Positions 42,301 to 55,229 are shown, counted from the first letter of the whole stretch. The stretch: 63,851 nt of DNA, filler included, from Folioceros fuciformis (GCA_049999805.1; 3 parts of 2 records of this genome joined end to end with filler, not necessarily neighbours in it); one strand, 5' to 3'. The notes: a model not told the origin generated them from the sequence alone. Made by a program: numbers and translations.

Positions 42301-45300
42301 GATAAATATCTCAAGTCGATAGGTTTCATCCCAAATCCAGCTGACTCCAACGTCTACATCTATTCCAAAGGAGGTCACCTGGTCATCCTAGCACTTTATG
42401 TGGATGATGTTATACTAGCATCCAACAACAGAGAATTACTGGACTGGGTGAAAGGAATGCTGCACAAGGAGTACAATATGCAGGACATTGGACCACTTAC
42501 CTTTGTCCTTGGCGTTCAGTTGTTGCGAGATAGACCTAACCGTACCCTTATCCTACATCAGACTAAATATATTGGTGAGACTCTTAGATGCTTTAACTTG
42601 CAGGATGCTAAACCTATCAGCACACTAGGAAGCCTTAGGGTTAAGCTCTCTGCTCACCAGTGCTCGCAAGATGACTATGAACGTGAGGCTATGAGTCAAG
42701 TTCCTTATCGCCATGCCGTGGGCTGCCATAATTACATTAGCTGTTGGACTAGACCGGATATTCAGCACTCCGTTGGTGTTGTTTCCCAATACCTTGAGAA
42801 CCCAGGCCCCGAACATTGGATGGCAGTTAAGAGGATCCTACGGTACCTTAAAGGCACCTCTACATTTGGGTTATGTTTCCAGGGCGATGACCGTGCATTC
42901 ACCCTTGAGGGATACGCAGATGCTGATTGGGCTACAGACCCAGATCAAAGGAAAAGCATTTCTGCATATTGTTTCCTACTCTCTGGTGCGGCAGTCAACT
43001 GGAGCTCTAAGAAACAAACTTCCATAGCCCTCTCTTCAATTGAGGCCGAATACAAAGCTCTCACGGAATTAGCCAAGGAGGCTGAATGGGAGCGCACTTT
43101 TCTTGCATGATTGGGCTTTCCTCAGTCGGTTCCCACCACTATCTTCTGCGACAATATGTCTACTATTGCCTTGGTTGGGAATCCCCGCTTTCATGCGCGC
43201 ACCAAGCACATCGAAGTTCACTACCACTATGTTCGACATTCTATGGAGCGCAAGGTGATCAAGATCCAACACATATCCACGGAGCTCAATACAGCCGACT
43301 TGCTTACAAAGAGCTTACCAACAAACAAGCATGTCTTCCACACGGAGGCACTGGGCCTCGTAGACTATTCTTCCTACTTGCCTTGAGTTGCAAGTGGAGG
43401 TGCCGGGTGCTGGATGGATGAAGCTTATCGTTCACCTAATCGTCCAACACTCAGCTCGTTTTCTACATCGCCCATCTTCGTCTACATCCCTAATGTAACC
43501 AGCGTCGTGGTTAAGGGGGTGTGTTAAACCCCATAGCTTATTATAGTAACCATGGTCGCTGGGTTACCTAGACTAGGGTTAGGTATGTTACTTAGGGTTT
43601 AGTATTTGAGACCAACACTTTGTAATCATATATACATTATTCATTATTCAAGTTTGTTGTTCTCTCCAAGCAATATTGTCAGAATGTAGGGCGGTGGTGT
43701 CGGATCGGCAGGCCAAGCAGCCAGGCAAGGCTGCCAGATCAAGGAGGCAGCCAAACCCGACCAGGCAGCAAGTGCCGGATCAGCGGCTGCTGTGGAGGGG
43801 TCAGCCGGGCTGGGCCATGGCGGCTAGGCAGGAGGCTGAGTCACAGCGGTCCTGCGATCTGCTGGTCGGGACGGAGCCAGGTAGGGGCTGGCTGGCGGGT
43901 ACGTCCGGCTTGCTAGCCATTCTAGCCAGCCCAGAGCTAGCCAGGCGGCGGTGCTGGATCCGCGGGTGTACCAGACCGCGGCCGGACCCAGGCTGAGGAC
44001 GGGGCTGGCTGGCTAGATGCAACTGGAGGCAGGGCGGCTCCGCTGCTAGCGACTGGTCAAGGTGGATCCAGCCAACCAGTCGGCGGGCTGGATGTATTGG
44101 AGGCGAAGTAGCCAAGCTGAATTCGGGCGGGAAGGCAGAAGAAAGGTGACGGGTTGCTGGGGAGTCTCGACAACGGTGAGCCTGGGCCAGCTGCATGCAG
44201 GCAACAGGCGGGCCAACAAGCTAGCCGCTCGAATGGATCCGAAGGCCAGCAGCGGCCCAAATGCTGGTGGCTGGCCGGGGTGGATCCAAGTAGCTAAGCC
44301 GATGGGTTGGACCCTGGTCCGTCGGCGACCTGGCTAAATCGGGGCCGAAGCCACCAGGCTGTAGGGGGTGAGTCCGGCCGGGATGGCTTGGCTAGTTACG
44401 GCTGGCAGTAGCGGCTGAGGCGTTTGGCTTGCGGGCCTAGGTGACCCCTGGCTGGATCAAGTGCCAGGCCGAGCGAGCGGCCTGGGCAAATCAGCCAAGA
44501 GGTGGTGTGCGTCCGGGCTGGTAGCCGGGCCTGGAAGTCGGAAGGTCGGCTTGCAACCTCTGGACAGGATATGCCGGCGGCCCGACTTGCTGGTGGGCAG
44601 GCCCGCTGCAGGCGAGGGGAAGATGGACTGGCCGGGATCATGTGCAGGCTGGCCTGGGTTGTGTTTAGCAGGATGGCTAGCTAGCTAGGGTGGGGGTCGG
44701 CACTGAGTGAGTTGGATCAGTAACCTGGATGACGGCTAGTTGGTGGCAGGATCACAAACAGGGTATGGGTCGGATCCAAGCATACGGCGGCTGACTGAGG
44801 TGAAAGAAAGGCCAATCTCAGCCGCCGGGCACCAGACCCCTAAAGAGTGGATCAAGGGGTGGGGCTAGAATTCGGGGAGTAGGGACAAGGTGGAGTGGAA
44901 GCAGCTCGAGTCTGGCTCCGGCTCGAGTATGGCTTTGGTCAAGGGGGTTACAGTGACTTGGACAAGGGTTGGGGGGGGTGAAGGCTTCCAGGAGAATGCG
45001 TGCAGACGAAGCTGAGGGATACCACCTCATCCAGATATATGACATAAGTGGCATTCGGCTTTCCATCCACAAGCAACACACCTAGTTGCTTATAGGCGGA
45101 AAGTCTAGTACAGGCGTGCTGCTAGCGCGTGGGAAGCCCAGTGATGGTTATGTTGGCGGAGATGATGGGTTGTCACTTCTAGTGCCAAGCTTACAAGGTG
45201 CCCACTCAGGGCACTAGATGAGTAGCTCTACCAGGTCATGGGCCTTGGCCAGCAGAATGGAGGGAAGGATCTGAAGAGGGTGGGGTCTCTCAAGGATTGC

Positions 45301-46391
45301 AAATGATTCGAGGGAGGAGAGGAGAGTGTTGAGAGGCATTGATGATTTTGTGAGAGGCTGGTCAATTTTGGTAAGGGCACCCAGTGGTGTCAAAGGGATA
45401 CAACCCCTCTTATGTCGGGGTTAGGTTAGGTCAGACTTAGGGTTAGGATTAGGTCAGAGGTAGGTTTAGGTCAGAGATAGGTTTAGGTCAGAGTTAGGGG
45501 CGGCTTAGGTCAGAGAGAGATTGTTGGACGGTGGAGTGAGGCTAACCCTAGTAGATAGAGATGGGGTTATGGGCCAGGGTAGTATAAGAGGCTAGGCCTC
45601 TCATTGAGGAGGGGTGGTCTTACGGTGTGATTTCCCTGGACCTTGTGTGCAGGCTACCAGATTAGAGTGGCTGATTCAGTGTGAGACTAACCAAGGGCTT
45701 GATTCCCCTTGCCATTAGGGGGACGTGGTGGATCCCTAGACTACCTAGATCCGTGTGGCCGGATCCGCAATGGCTGATCATTTTGCAGGTTGGTTGAGGT
45801 AAGGTGGCAGGGCCGTGAGCCAAGGAGGCTATCCAGCCCTAGCCCTCATACCTCTGCCTTGAAGACTGCAAGGGGAAAGGTTGTTGTGTCCAAAATTCCA
45901 GGTTGAGCTGCAGATTTTGGGAGTAGAAGATGAAGTGCTGGAATGAGTTGAAGTGAAGTGTGAAGATGTTAGAGTGAGTTGAAGTGAAGTGTGGAGGTGT
46001 TGGAGTGAGTTGAAGTGAAGTGTGGAGGTGTTGGAGTGAGTTGAAGTTAAGTGGTGAAGTGTTAGATGAAGTAGTAAAGTGTGAAGAGAAGTGCTGGAGT
46101 GAAGGATTGGAGTGAAGAAGTGAAGGGCTGAAGTGAAGAAGTGAAGGGCTGAATGACTGAAGTGCTAGAGTATGGGATTGGTATGTTGAGTTGAAAACAG
46201 GGCTAGGGATTCTGATCTTTTTGCTGTAGCATGGTCAGGGTTAGGAACTGGCTGATAGTTAGAATCAGATTAGGGAATTGTAGGTAACCTTGACACTAGT
46301 TCACTTCCTTGGGAGCGAATCATAAGACTGCAACGATAATAAGGGAAAATGTGGCCCCTTGGTGGTTCTTGGGTGTAAGAATCACTCCACA

Positions 46392-46500
46392 ACGCTCGCG
46401 CAGTTGCTTTCTCGGCTTGCCTTTGCTTTCGTAATCGGGGAAGCGTCTCGACATCCTTGTCCACCAGCAGTAGTTTGTTGCTACGACGACCAAATGCCAT
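46392..46500 (-). pseudogene. Displaced 5' coding segment of the ParB-methyltransferase gene
   Basis: MAFGRRSNKLLLVDKDVETLPRLRKQRQAEKATARA continues in frame into SSGHNTERDG (28463 downward) once solo LTR copy 2 and one TSD copy are removed. Confidence 0.7.
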
Positions 46501-47723
46501 TGGTGTGCACCCAAAAAGGGAAGAGTCGAAAAGCACTTAGTCTTTTCTGGAGACGGAAGCTGTTGTAGAAGAAGTGCCCATGCAGCGGATTTGTACAAGA
46601 CAGATTTCGAAAAGGTACGGTACAGCTCAAAAACGAATACCCACTGTTGCCGACCGCCAATGCATTTATAGCTTGATGAAGGTCATATCAGGTGGCGATT
46701 CTTGTTGAACAGTTAGTTCTATTTTGGCTCACATGTTCAAATTGAACTAGCGTGATGAAGGTCGTTTCAAGCGGCGATTCTCGCTGAACAGTAGTTCTAT
46801 TTTTGGTCTAACGTTCACATTGCATTAAACACCAGCGCTTCGGGACTTGGTTGAGGGGCATTGTTACAACGTTGCAGATTTGAAAGCCAGCCTAGCCGAA
46901 GTTCATACACACCATTTGTTCTTTCCTGCTTCCATGGAAAACAAACCTTCATCATTATGTCGCGGTATGGAGAAGTGTTGTGAAGATAGTAGCGACGAAG
47001 GTTTGGAAGAACGGACAATGCTTAGTATTCGTCGATTCACATGAATTTGATTTGCTTCTGTTTTACTAATGCGTGGATGATTCTTATCCCCGGGATACCA
47101 TCCTTGCAGACATCAGTTTGAGGAGTTCAGGTCGTTGCTAATCCGTCTGAGTCTTCTGGACGAAGTTCATAGTTGTCCAAGCCCGTCATCTCTGTGACAT
47201 TCATTTGTAGGCGCAGTGATGAAGACTACACCTCTAAGGGGGAACGCCGATGTCCGTAGGTTCTCGGGAGGGAGTGGCACTGTGAACCTCCGAAGTTTGG
47301 GGTAGTAGTTTGTTTTGGTTGAAAAAGGGTTAATAGTGGTATGGTTTGGTTTTCTTTTTCAACTTATTTTCCCTAATTTTCCTTGATTTTCTGGTCATTT
47401 TTCCTATTTTTCTTTGTGCTAATTGGGTTAATTGACCAGGAAATAGTGGGTTTGGTTATAAGAGTGGGTATAGGTTTGGTCCCAGAGCTGGGAAGGATTA
47501 GGTTCGGTACCAGGCCATAGGGTTGGGTGATTAGTTTAATATTAATTAAAGATATATAATATTAAATGATTAAATAATAATATAATAATATTAAAATAAT
47601 ATAATAATATAATAATGGTTTGANNNNNNNNNNNNNNNNNNNNNNNNNNNNNNNNNNNNNNNNNNNNTTAATTAATTAANNNNNNNNNNNNNNNNNNNNN
47701 NNNNNNNNNNNNNNNNNNNNNNN

Positions 47724-49300
47724 GGAATGGTGAACCTTTTTAGGCTCGACTTGTAGTCATGGTTTCCGATGTAGCTGAACGTCCAAGGCACCTGACTTCC
47801 AGTATTATCGGACTGGGATGATTATGGGACTAGCACTGGCATTTGGTTCTCAGGATGCATCTGTGAGCAGCTCGGGTTTTGAGCAGAATTTTTGCCCTGC
47901 AATTCCTCAATTGTGGCCTTGAAAGGAAGGTGGCATTAACATGCAGAGGTTGCTTAACGAAGCCGAGGATGTTCACCAGTGGACGCTAGCCTTCTTGGCG
48001 GTCGGCTATTCTTTGTCGTATCATTTCATCTGGTTCCTACTGTGTGGTCGAAATGTAAATAATTTTGGGTAGAACCTTTCCCGACTCCAGGGCACATTAG
48101 CCACCCCATACGTAGGAGCATGTATGCCACCTATTTCATAGGTTTCCTAGCTTCAGGGGATGGACAGAGCTTATGCTCATGTTTCTTTGGATTTGAAGGA
48201 ACATGCGCTCTTGATGGGATTCTGCTTTTGCATTTTGGGAGAAACGGTCTAGACTGGGAGGTGGATCTTAAGGGCACCTATGCTGCATCAATGGCTTATC
48301 TGCGGGGTCTAGGTCACAGACAGTGAATTTGTTGTTTCTGGCAGACAGGTCGGCATGGCTGCTCGTGATTAAGTAATTGTTTTGGAGGGCGTCTGAATAT
48401 GCACTTGCCGCGGCGGGGTGTGCAGCCTCTTAGAGATTAAGATCTGATCACCCAAAGCAGGGCAGCTTCTTAATTGCAACAGATTCTTGCTGGTGCATTG
48501 ACCTGAACGATAGTTGAAGATGTTTGAAGCTGTTGTCTGTCATGGAGCTCTACAACGGGTAGGACTGCGTTCCTTATCTCCGTCTTGCTTTTGTCGTAAT
48601 GCTTGTTGAGTACTAGGAAACGGTAGGTGTGTCTATTTGGTCTTTACGTGCATCCGGGTGGATGCCTCAAAATTCACGGAGACCTGATGGTCTGATAGTC
48701 GTTTGATATTGCAGTATGGGCTCTGCTTCTTACACCATTCCCTCGCTCGCCTGCTGGACATGAACGAGAGTCGACTGAGGTGGCGGTGTCCGAATGCTTG
48801 GCTGAGAAGCTCGATGTCCGTCTCGAGGGAATTGATTAGGTGGCGGACACGGGAAAATGAAGCTAGGAGTGGGGGTTACGGCCGAAAATGAAGCTGGCTG
48901 TGGGGTGTCTCATGTGCCACCTGCAGTTATTTGTGGTAACGACTGTTATCGTCGGGTTATAGTTCAGACCTCGTCCTTTCTCAAGGTCCTGAACTCGTCA
49001 TTTCATCAACGAGGTGTTCTTGCTCCATCGCGTACTGATTTTCTGGGGCCGGGCAGCCCTGTCTTGTTCCGCAAGAGCAATGTTTGGATGGAATCATTGA
49101 ACTCAAATGTCTGTGTTTACACGCCCACAAGTTTCACGCACAAAGCGACGAAAGTATTCTTCAACTACTATTCGTGGTCACTTCAGCTTTTCGTGGTCAC
49201 TTGAGCTGGAACTGTGTGGCTGGTGTTTTTACCCTGGCTTGTGAGCTGCTTTATAGATCCACCTCGGGAATCTACCCAAAATTCTCAGGGTCGTGAACAC
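47724..49300 (-). mobile_element. Probable LINE remnant (AP endonuclease plus upstream region)
   Basis: Minus-strand GIHAPTYG...SRERFYPKL resembles the APE YAPT...EEFYxxL motif. A later SHNHP is SDH-like. Decayed, boundaries approximate. Confidence 0.45.
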
Positions 49301-49401
49301 TGAATGACTCCATCAGCAGCTCCTTTCCTTGTGCAATCGACAGACGACGTGCAGAGTTGTGCTCAGAAATGATTGCTAACTCCGACGTCGACTGTGGTCC
49401 C

Positions 49402-51134
49402 CTACAAAGCATCCTCCCGGTCCGAATGAGGGTCCACTGAAGCTGATGATGAGAAGTACGCGTAGTCCAGGAACTGTGGGTCCAAGCAGAGGTCGGCCAT
49501 GACAGATGCGTTTGCGATGAGCAACGCCGTCAGGTTGTTGGGGCCAAGTGGACTGGGAAGCAAGACGGCGACGCCATCCAGTAAGGGCGAGGTCGGGAAG
49601 TGGGCAACCGCTAGCACGGGCTGAGCCGGGAAACAGAAGCGCAGTTCGTAGAACGGAAATCGATACCAGGAAGACACGGTGAAGTCGTAGCATGAACCGC
49701 CTGGCCTTACGCTGATGTTACCGTGCTTGTCGCTCAGGGCAGCTAGATACTGGAATTCCCGCACGCGGATGCCTGCCACTATATCTCGGATGGTGGAGGC
49801 TGCGAACCCCAATGGTCGCCTCACCAGTTCCTCGGGCTCCACCCCCTTGCTCTTCACAAGCACCAGGCTGTTCCCGAAGTAGGAAGCTGGGAGTAGGGTG
49901 GCGGACTCGGGGTTCGGACCAGTTCTCTGCACCTTGGCATCTGCAGGAGTGCGGAATGTGGATGATCTGTTCTCCTCGCCATGAGCGTCGCCCGCACCGA
50001 TGATACGTAGCCTGGCTTTGGTCAGGCACCGCCACAGGTGCGCGGAAACGCAGGTGAAAGTGGAGAACTGTTCCCCATCGGTATCTAAGTTGGTGGCTGT
50101 GGCGTGCCCGGCAGCAGCAGCTTTGAGCTTGCGAATGGCAGCCTCCGTGTAATGCACGAGCCTGAGGTCAGGCATTTCGAGGCCCGGCGCCACGGCAGGG
50201 AAGCCGATGCCGGCTGCCGCGAAATCTCGATTCCATGCCACGCGCTCCAAGCCAGGGGGAGTGTAGTCTGGGGCCAGGTCCTGGTCAGAGAATGCCCCAC
50301 CGTCCACCAAGTTCGCCTTCTTCAGTGACTCGGCTCGGCCGTGGTCAGGCTCCGGCTGCACCAGCCCTAGGCCCCGGCCGCCATCGCACGCGTCCGACCA
50401 TGCTTTCAGGAACTGCGAGATGGCAAAACCGTCCGCCACAATGTGCAGCCAGTTCACAGCCACAGATACCCCGCCGCATTCGAATCGTGTCACCTGGAGC
50501 CGAACAGTAGCAACAGCACAACACATGAGCCCTGGGAGTCATGGAAGCGTCAAAACTAATCCCTTGTACGTAGATCGTTCACTATCACAAAACAAGTCCG
50601 CACGGCAACGGGAGCACAGCTGTGAAGGTTTACCTGAACCACGAGGGCGGGCTTCTCAATGTCGGCACTCAGGCTGAAGCCTGAGATTTGTGGCCTTGGT
50701 GTGAACTTGAAGTCCCTCGCTCCCGCATCTCCACTACTGTAGACTTTACTCATGGGAGCGTCCACGAGCGCAGTCTTGAAGACGGCACCCGCATTGTTGC
50801 AAAGCAGGTGTGGCTGGTGCCCGAGCCTCTGGACCACCGTGCCCGCTAGCGGATAGAAGGGCACCAGAACCTCAGCCAGCGACCGTTTTAGCTCCTCCAC
50901 CAGGCCTGCAAATCCTGACTCTGCATGTGTTCTCGGGCCTCCTTCGAAGAGCAGGAGAAGAGGCACGTACCCGTTGCGCAAAGTGAGATCCAGACTGGAC
51001 AACTCACACCTCGTCTCATCTTTCTCCCTGTCGAGATATCCTCCAGCCGCAGGAACCACCGTGGTACTGACCGCATCGCGCACAACCACTTCAAGGTCGG
51101 GCCCGGCGCCAACTTTCGAAGCAAATGTGGCCAT
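49402..51134 (-). CDS. BAHD acyltransferase, exons 51134-50634 and 50493-49402; 530 aa
   Basis: LSSLDL, LKRSLAEVLVPFYPLAG, LVVQ|VTRFECGG, catalytic HXXXD (HIVAD), FSTFTCVSAHLWRCLTKAR and YFGN. One phase-0 GT-AG intron after Q, and the frame is intact. Confidence 0.93.
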
Positions 51135-52277
51135 CCAGCCCCCACAGATTCACGGGAGCCTGACTTGATCGATCGGCGTCCTACCGTGAACATCTGAAGC
51201 ATCCTCATGTGGAGTGTACCTCAGAAAGCACGAAGATATTTCTCGAGTGCCTACATTACATGTGCACAGTGGCGTAGGCACCACTCTTACGGAATTGGGT
51301 CTCCCAAACCTTCTTTTTGATATGCACTGAAAGAGGACGAACAACTTCCAGCACCTTGCCCTGCTGGGTGTTCCTTGGCATCGTGATATTCCAGACCACC
51401 ACATGCTTTTGAGAAAGGCCCCCAGACAGTCTCTGCGCATCTGCCGAGCTGCCCAGTGTGCTGACCCTCGACCTGCGTGGGTGGCGGAGGCTTGCACTGC
51501 TCCAAAGAAGATAATGCTATCCTCTTACTCAGCCCTCTGCAGCCCCGCACGGGCACAAGAGAGCAGTTTCCCTGGAAACTTCTGTCATTCTCCTTCCCCA
51601 CCTTTCTGATTATGCACAGCTCTCGTTCTGTTCTGGTCTACGAGAAAAGCTCCGGATCCGTGTCTACGGAAGTGTTTAGGGCCGATGCAGAAACCCTAGG
51701 ATAAGCACCGTTTTCATTGTGCTGCCCCGTTCCTGCAAACCAAACAAGGAACGGAGTATGGAAAATGATATGAGTAAATAAGGACATACTAGGCCACGTT
51801 CCAAGAAGTGGATCGACTTGCAGGTTCGGTTGAGCCAGCCTGCGTCTAAATCTTCGAAGCAATAAATGCATCGGACGGTCTGACGTCCTATGTGGCATGG
51901 CATGCGCCATGTCCTGGTCACTGTCTCTCTCTATCACCACGTACAGCCCGCTTGCATACAACCTAGGTTTCGCCATAAATAAACGGTGGCATAACTTTGA
52001 GTAAAACCGGCTTGCTCGGTTGAACCGTGCAGTGTCTACAACCATGTGCAGGTTACAAACCGAGTTCAAAACCGTGCGCGGGATCATCCCCTACAAACAT
52101 GAACTTGAACCTCATTTTCGCTCTTTGCTTACCCTAACACAAACACAAGCGAAGAGCGGTGAAGGAGCTTGCACACCATGGAGTATTCGTCGTTCATTCA
52201 ATCGCCAACACTTGGCCAGTTCAGTGCAAATGATTTGATTTAAGTTGGCAGGTGGTGAGGGACATGAAGGTTACTTA

Positions 52278-52430
52278 TATTCCTTGGAGTAGAGTGGATG
52301 ACTATGTTTGTGGAGAAGGCTTGAGATGTATTCCTTGGAGTAGAGTGGATGACTATGTTTCTGGAGAAGGCTTGAGATGTATTCCTTGGAGTAGAGTGGA
52401 TGACTATGTTTCTAGAGAAGGCTTGAGATG
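52278..52430. repeat. 51-bp tandem triplication in the MULE transposase 5' region
   Basis: tattccttggagtagagtggatgactatgttt.t.gagaaggcttgagatg occurs three times. Confidence 0.92.
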
Positions 52431-55229
52431 TGCTGCAAGCTTCTACCGGAAGGATTCGAAGAGTGAACATTCCTTGCCTATACCAATTGTGCCGTCCCTA
52501 GAGACTACAAGCACATACATTAGGTATGATTGATCTCCCCCTCCAAGTTGTTGCACTCCATAGCTTTTTCTAACTACATGTTTGTAGGTTACTGTGTTTA
52601 AGTTTGACAAGGCTTTTTCTTTGCTAGGTTATGTTAGGTGCCCACTAAATCTAACATGATGTAGTTACCAATTTGAAGAGTACACATGCCTAATATATAT
52701 TTTGACTACCTATGTAGATATTGGTGCTCATATGGAGCACAAGATTATAGAGAAGGCACGACAGCGAATAATGTATGTATGAAAACTGGATGTATGGCAA
52801 ATTTCGTTGTGAAGCAGTTGCTTTTATTTCCAGATGTGGCTTAAATCCTCCTTCGTGAAGAAGCGCATGTAGATCGCGAATGTGAGGTTTGTCATGGCCC
52901 ACAATATGTGGGTCATCCTAAAATGTCTAGAGCTCCTTGGCTTTTGAAAGAGAAGAAGGATTGGGTGAAACATTGTCTTTATTGCAAGGTTTCTGTGCCG
53001 AAGATTATGCGTCGACATATTCCAGTTGTGTACAAGAAGATGGCGCACTATTCTGGACATGGACCTGGAGATGACATTCAAGATGACTACCTGCAGCGCA
53101 AGGATGTGTTGAACATGAAACGGCAAGTGGAAGCAAGTGAGTGGAAACTCCATGCAGATGATGCAAATTCAACCCAAATGTAGTTGAAAGTGAATGCTGA
53201 CCTTATCTTCCATAGGTCAAAGCTGGGTGAACCATTTGTTTTAGGATTGCAAACTCCTTTCATGCGGCAAATGTTGGTTAAGCATGGGATGAATAGTGTT
53301 TTAGCCATGGATGCCACATTTGGTACGAATAAGTATCGGTACCACTTATTCACTATGATGGTTTTTGATCAACACCTAAATGGTATTCCACTTGCTTGGG
53401 CACTAACATTTCTTTAGTATCATGGTTGAAGCCGCCTCAACAAGTAGCTCTTAACACATGTGCAACATGGGTTCCTAGTTGTTTTTTAGTTGATGATTGT
53501 TTGGCATAGATAGGTGCATTGAAATAGGTATGGGGGGCACATATACATGGTTGTGTTGTGCTTATGGCATGTTAGGAAGGCATGGCAACGAAACCTTTTG
53601 AGGAAGGTGAAATGTAGTATTGCAAGGAAGAAAATTTGGGCTGCTGTTGCAGATATTATGTATGTGAAAGGCCATGGTACAAATGAGAATACTGTTGCAT
53701 GGGGTAGTGTATTATTAGAGTTCTTTTATAAGGAGAAGCATGGAAGCCAACCAGCATTTGTTGAGTACTTCAAGAAATAGTGGGGCGAATCTATAGGTAT
53801 TTTGCTTCTATGTTGCATTGTCCTTTTCGTGATTGAAGGGCTGTGTTCTTGGACGTACGTTGGGTGAGGAGTATAATGGTGTTTTTTTTGGGCAGATATG
53901 TGGTTGAAGAATTGCAAGTTGTATCCTCACGCCGGATAGGATACCACGTTCGCATTGGAGGCCTTTCATTGCTTTTTGAAGGAAAGAGTGCCTTTCACTA
54001 AAGCAGCTCTACCAGGAAGGCGTATGAATTGGCTTTTGCATCAACTAGTGAATGAGGTAGGACGTCATTATTGGTACCTTGATTTCACTAAGGCTGGTGG
54101 TTACATGCCAAATTTGAAGCAAGAGAAGGTATATGAACATGTTTTATTTGTAGCAAGAACCATTCTAGACACATCTGTCACATTTCCGTCAGACGATGGG
54201 TCTACTTTGGCATATTGCAAGTCCTCTGAAGATAGTGAGAAAATATACGTTGTTGAGGCAGCACGCTCACCGTGGGCATTTTGTAGTTGTGCAATGGGGC
54301 AAAAAGGTTTTCTATGCAAACATGTTGTGAAGGTGCAACAAGTTTGTGGTGTATTTGAACATACTTCTCATGTTTTGCGCCTTGCATGGTGTACCAATGG
54401 ATATTATGTTGGGGCAGAGGATGGAGGTAGTGCATTACCTGACCTCAATGTTGTTGTTGAGACCAATGTGACAGAAATGCATAACCTTCAGGAAGTAATG
54501 CCGCAAAGCACGACTTGTAGTGTGACACCGAGTTTGAGGCAACCCAAAAACTTAGAAGAGTTGAAGTTGAAAAGACGTCGAGACTTGGATGCAATATGTA
54601 TGAGTATTCCAAGCATGGTCGAAGCACAACCTGATATTTTGTTTGAGGTTTATGCAATAATGGAACAAGCATAACATCGTATTAGGGAGGTTGTGGCTCG
54701 AAGGATGAGGCCTCAAGTACAATGACAAGGATAGAGGAGTTGGTCCTAAACGATGGAACAAACAAGCTGGTACGATTTAGAGGCATTGAAGAACGGTCAT
54801 GGCCAAGGAAGAAGAAAGGCACTTGGCAATTATAGAGGATACTACTATGTCATGATCCTTGTAGTGGTTTTATTTACAGTAGTAGTTGGGGGAGGAGGTT
54901 ATTCAGGTCATTTGGTGTTTATGTTTTTGTTTGTTGGATGTGAGTGCTTGGTTAGTGTGTAGCCAGGGTACTTTGGTGTTCAGGCAAGCTAACTTGGTGT
55001 TTAGGCAAGCTGATTTGGTGTTTACTTGGGCTATGGTAGGTGCTCACCAGCCTAGCTTCTTTTAATTTTGTATGGCGTGTGTAACATGATCAAGTGTCAT
55101 GAGCAGGTGTCACGATGTTTCCCCCCACCAGCATCATATTCTGTTTAAGAAACACCCCCCAAACCTTTAGCGCACACACTAACCACAACAACTCCCTTCC
55201 CCCCTCCCTAAGCACGCTTCTACCAAGTT

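Larger units (their letters stand above)
30179..43681 (+). mobile_element. Full-length Ty1/copia LTR retrotransposon A, decayed, with two nested insertions
   Basis: 160-bp LTRs at 30179-30338 and 43522-43681 (TG...CA, 8 differences by eye), TSD GAATG on both sides, PBS TGGTATCAGAGC at 30339-30350 and PPT at 43513-43521. gag at about 32027-34100 and 39330-39750 (CNWCGSLSHWEREC). Order is PR (YLDSGATTH), INT, RT (YVDD), RNase H to 43386. Confidence 0.95.
28469..46391 (+). mobile_element. Solo LTR, family X copy 2 (~4.4 kb: 28469-30178 plus 43687-46391), interrupted by copia element A
   Basis: Starts TGTGGAGACCACATGGTAGAT like copy 1 and ends GGGTGTAAGAATCACTCCACA. TSD ACACT (28464-28468) / ACGCT (46392-46396). 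The flanking reading frame rejoins when it is removed. Confidence 0.85.

Noticed and set aside
20198-46391. One giant LTR retrotransposon with copies 1 and 2 as paired LTRs capturing the MTase gene
   Set aside because: Each copy has its own TSD (GACTC; ACACT/ACGCT), there is no PBS/PPT next to them, and the MTase frame continues beyond copy 2.
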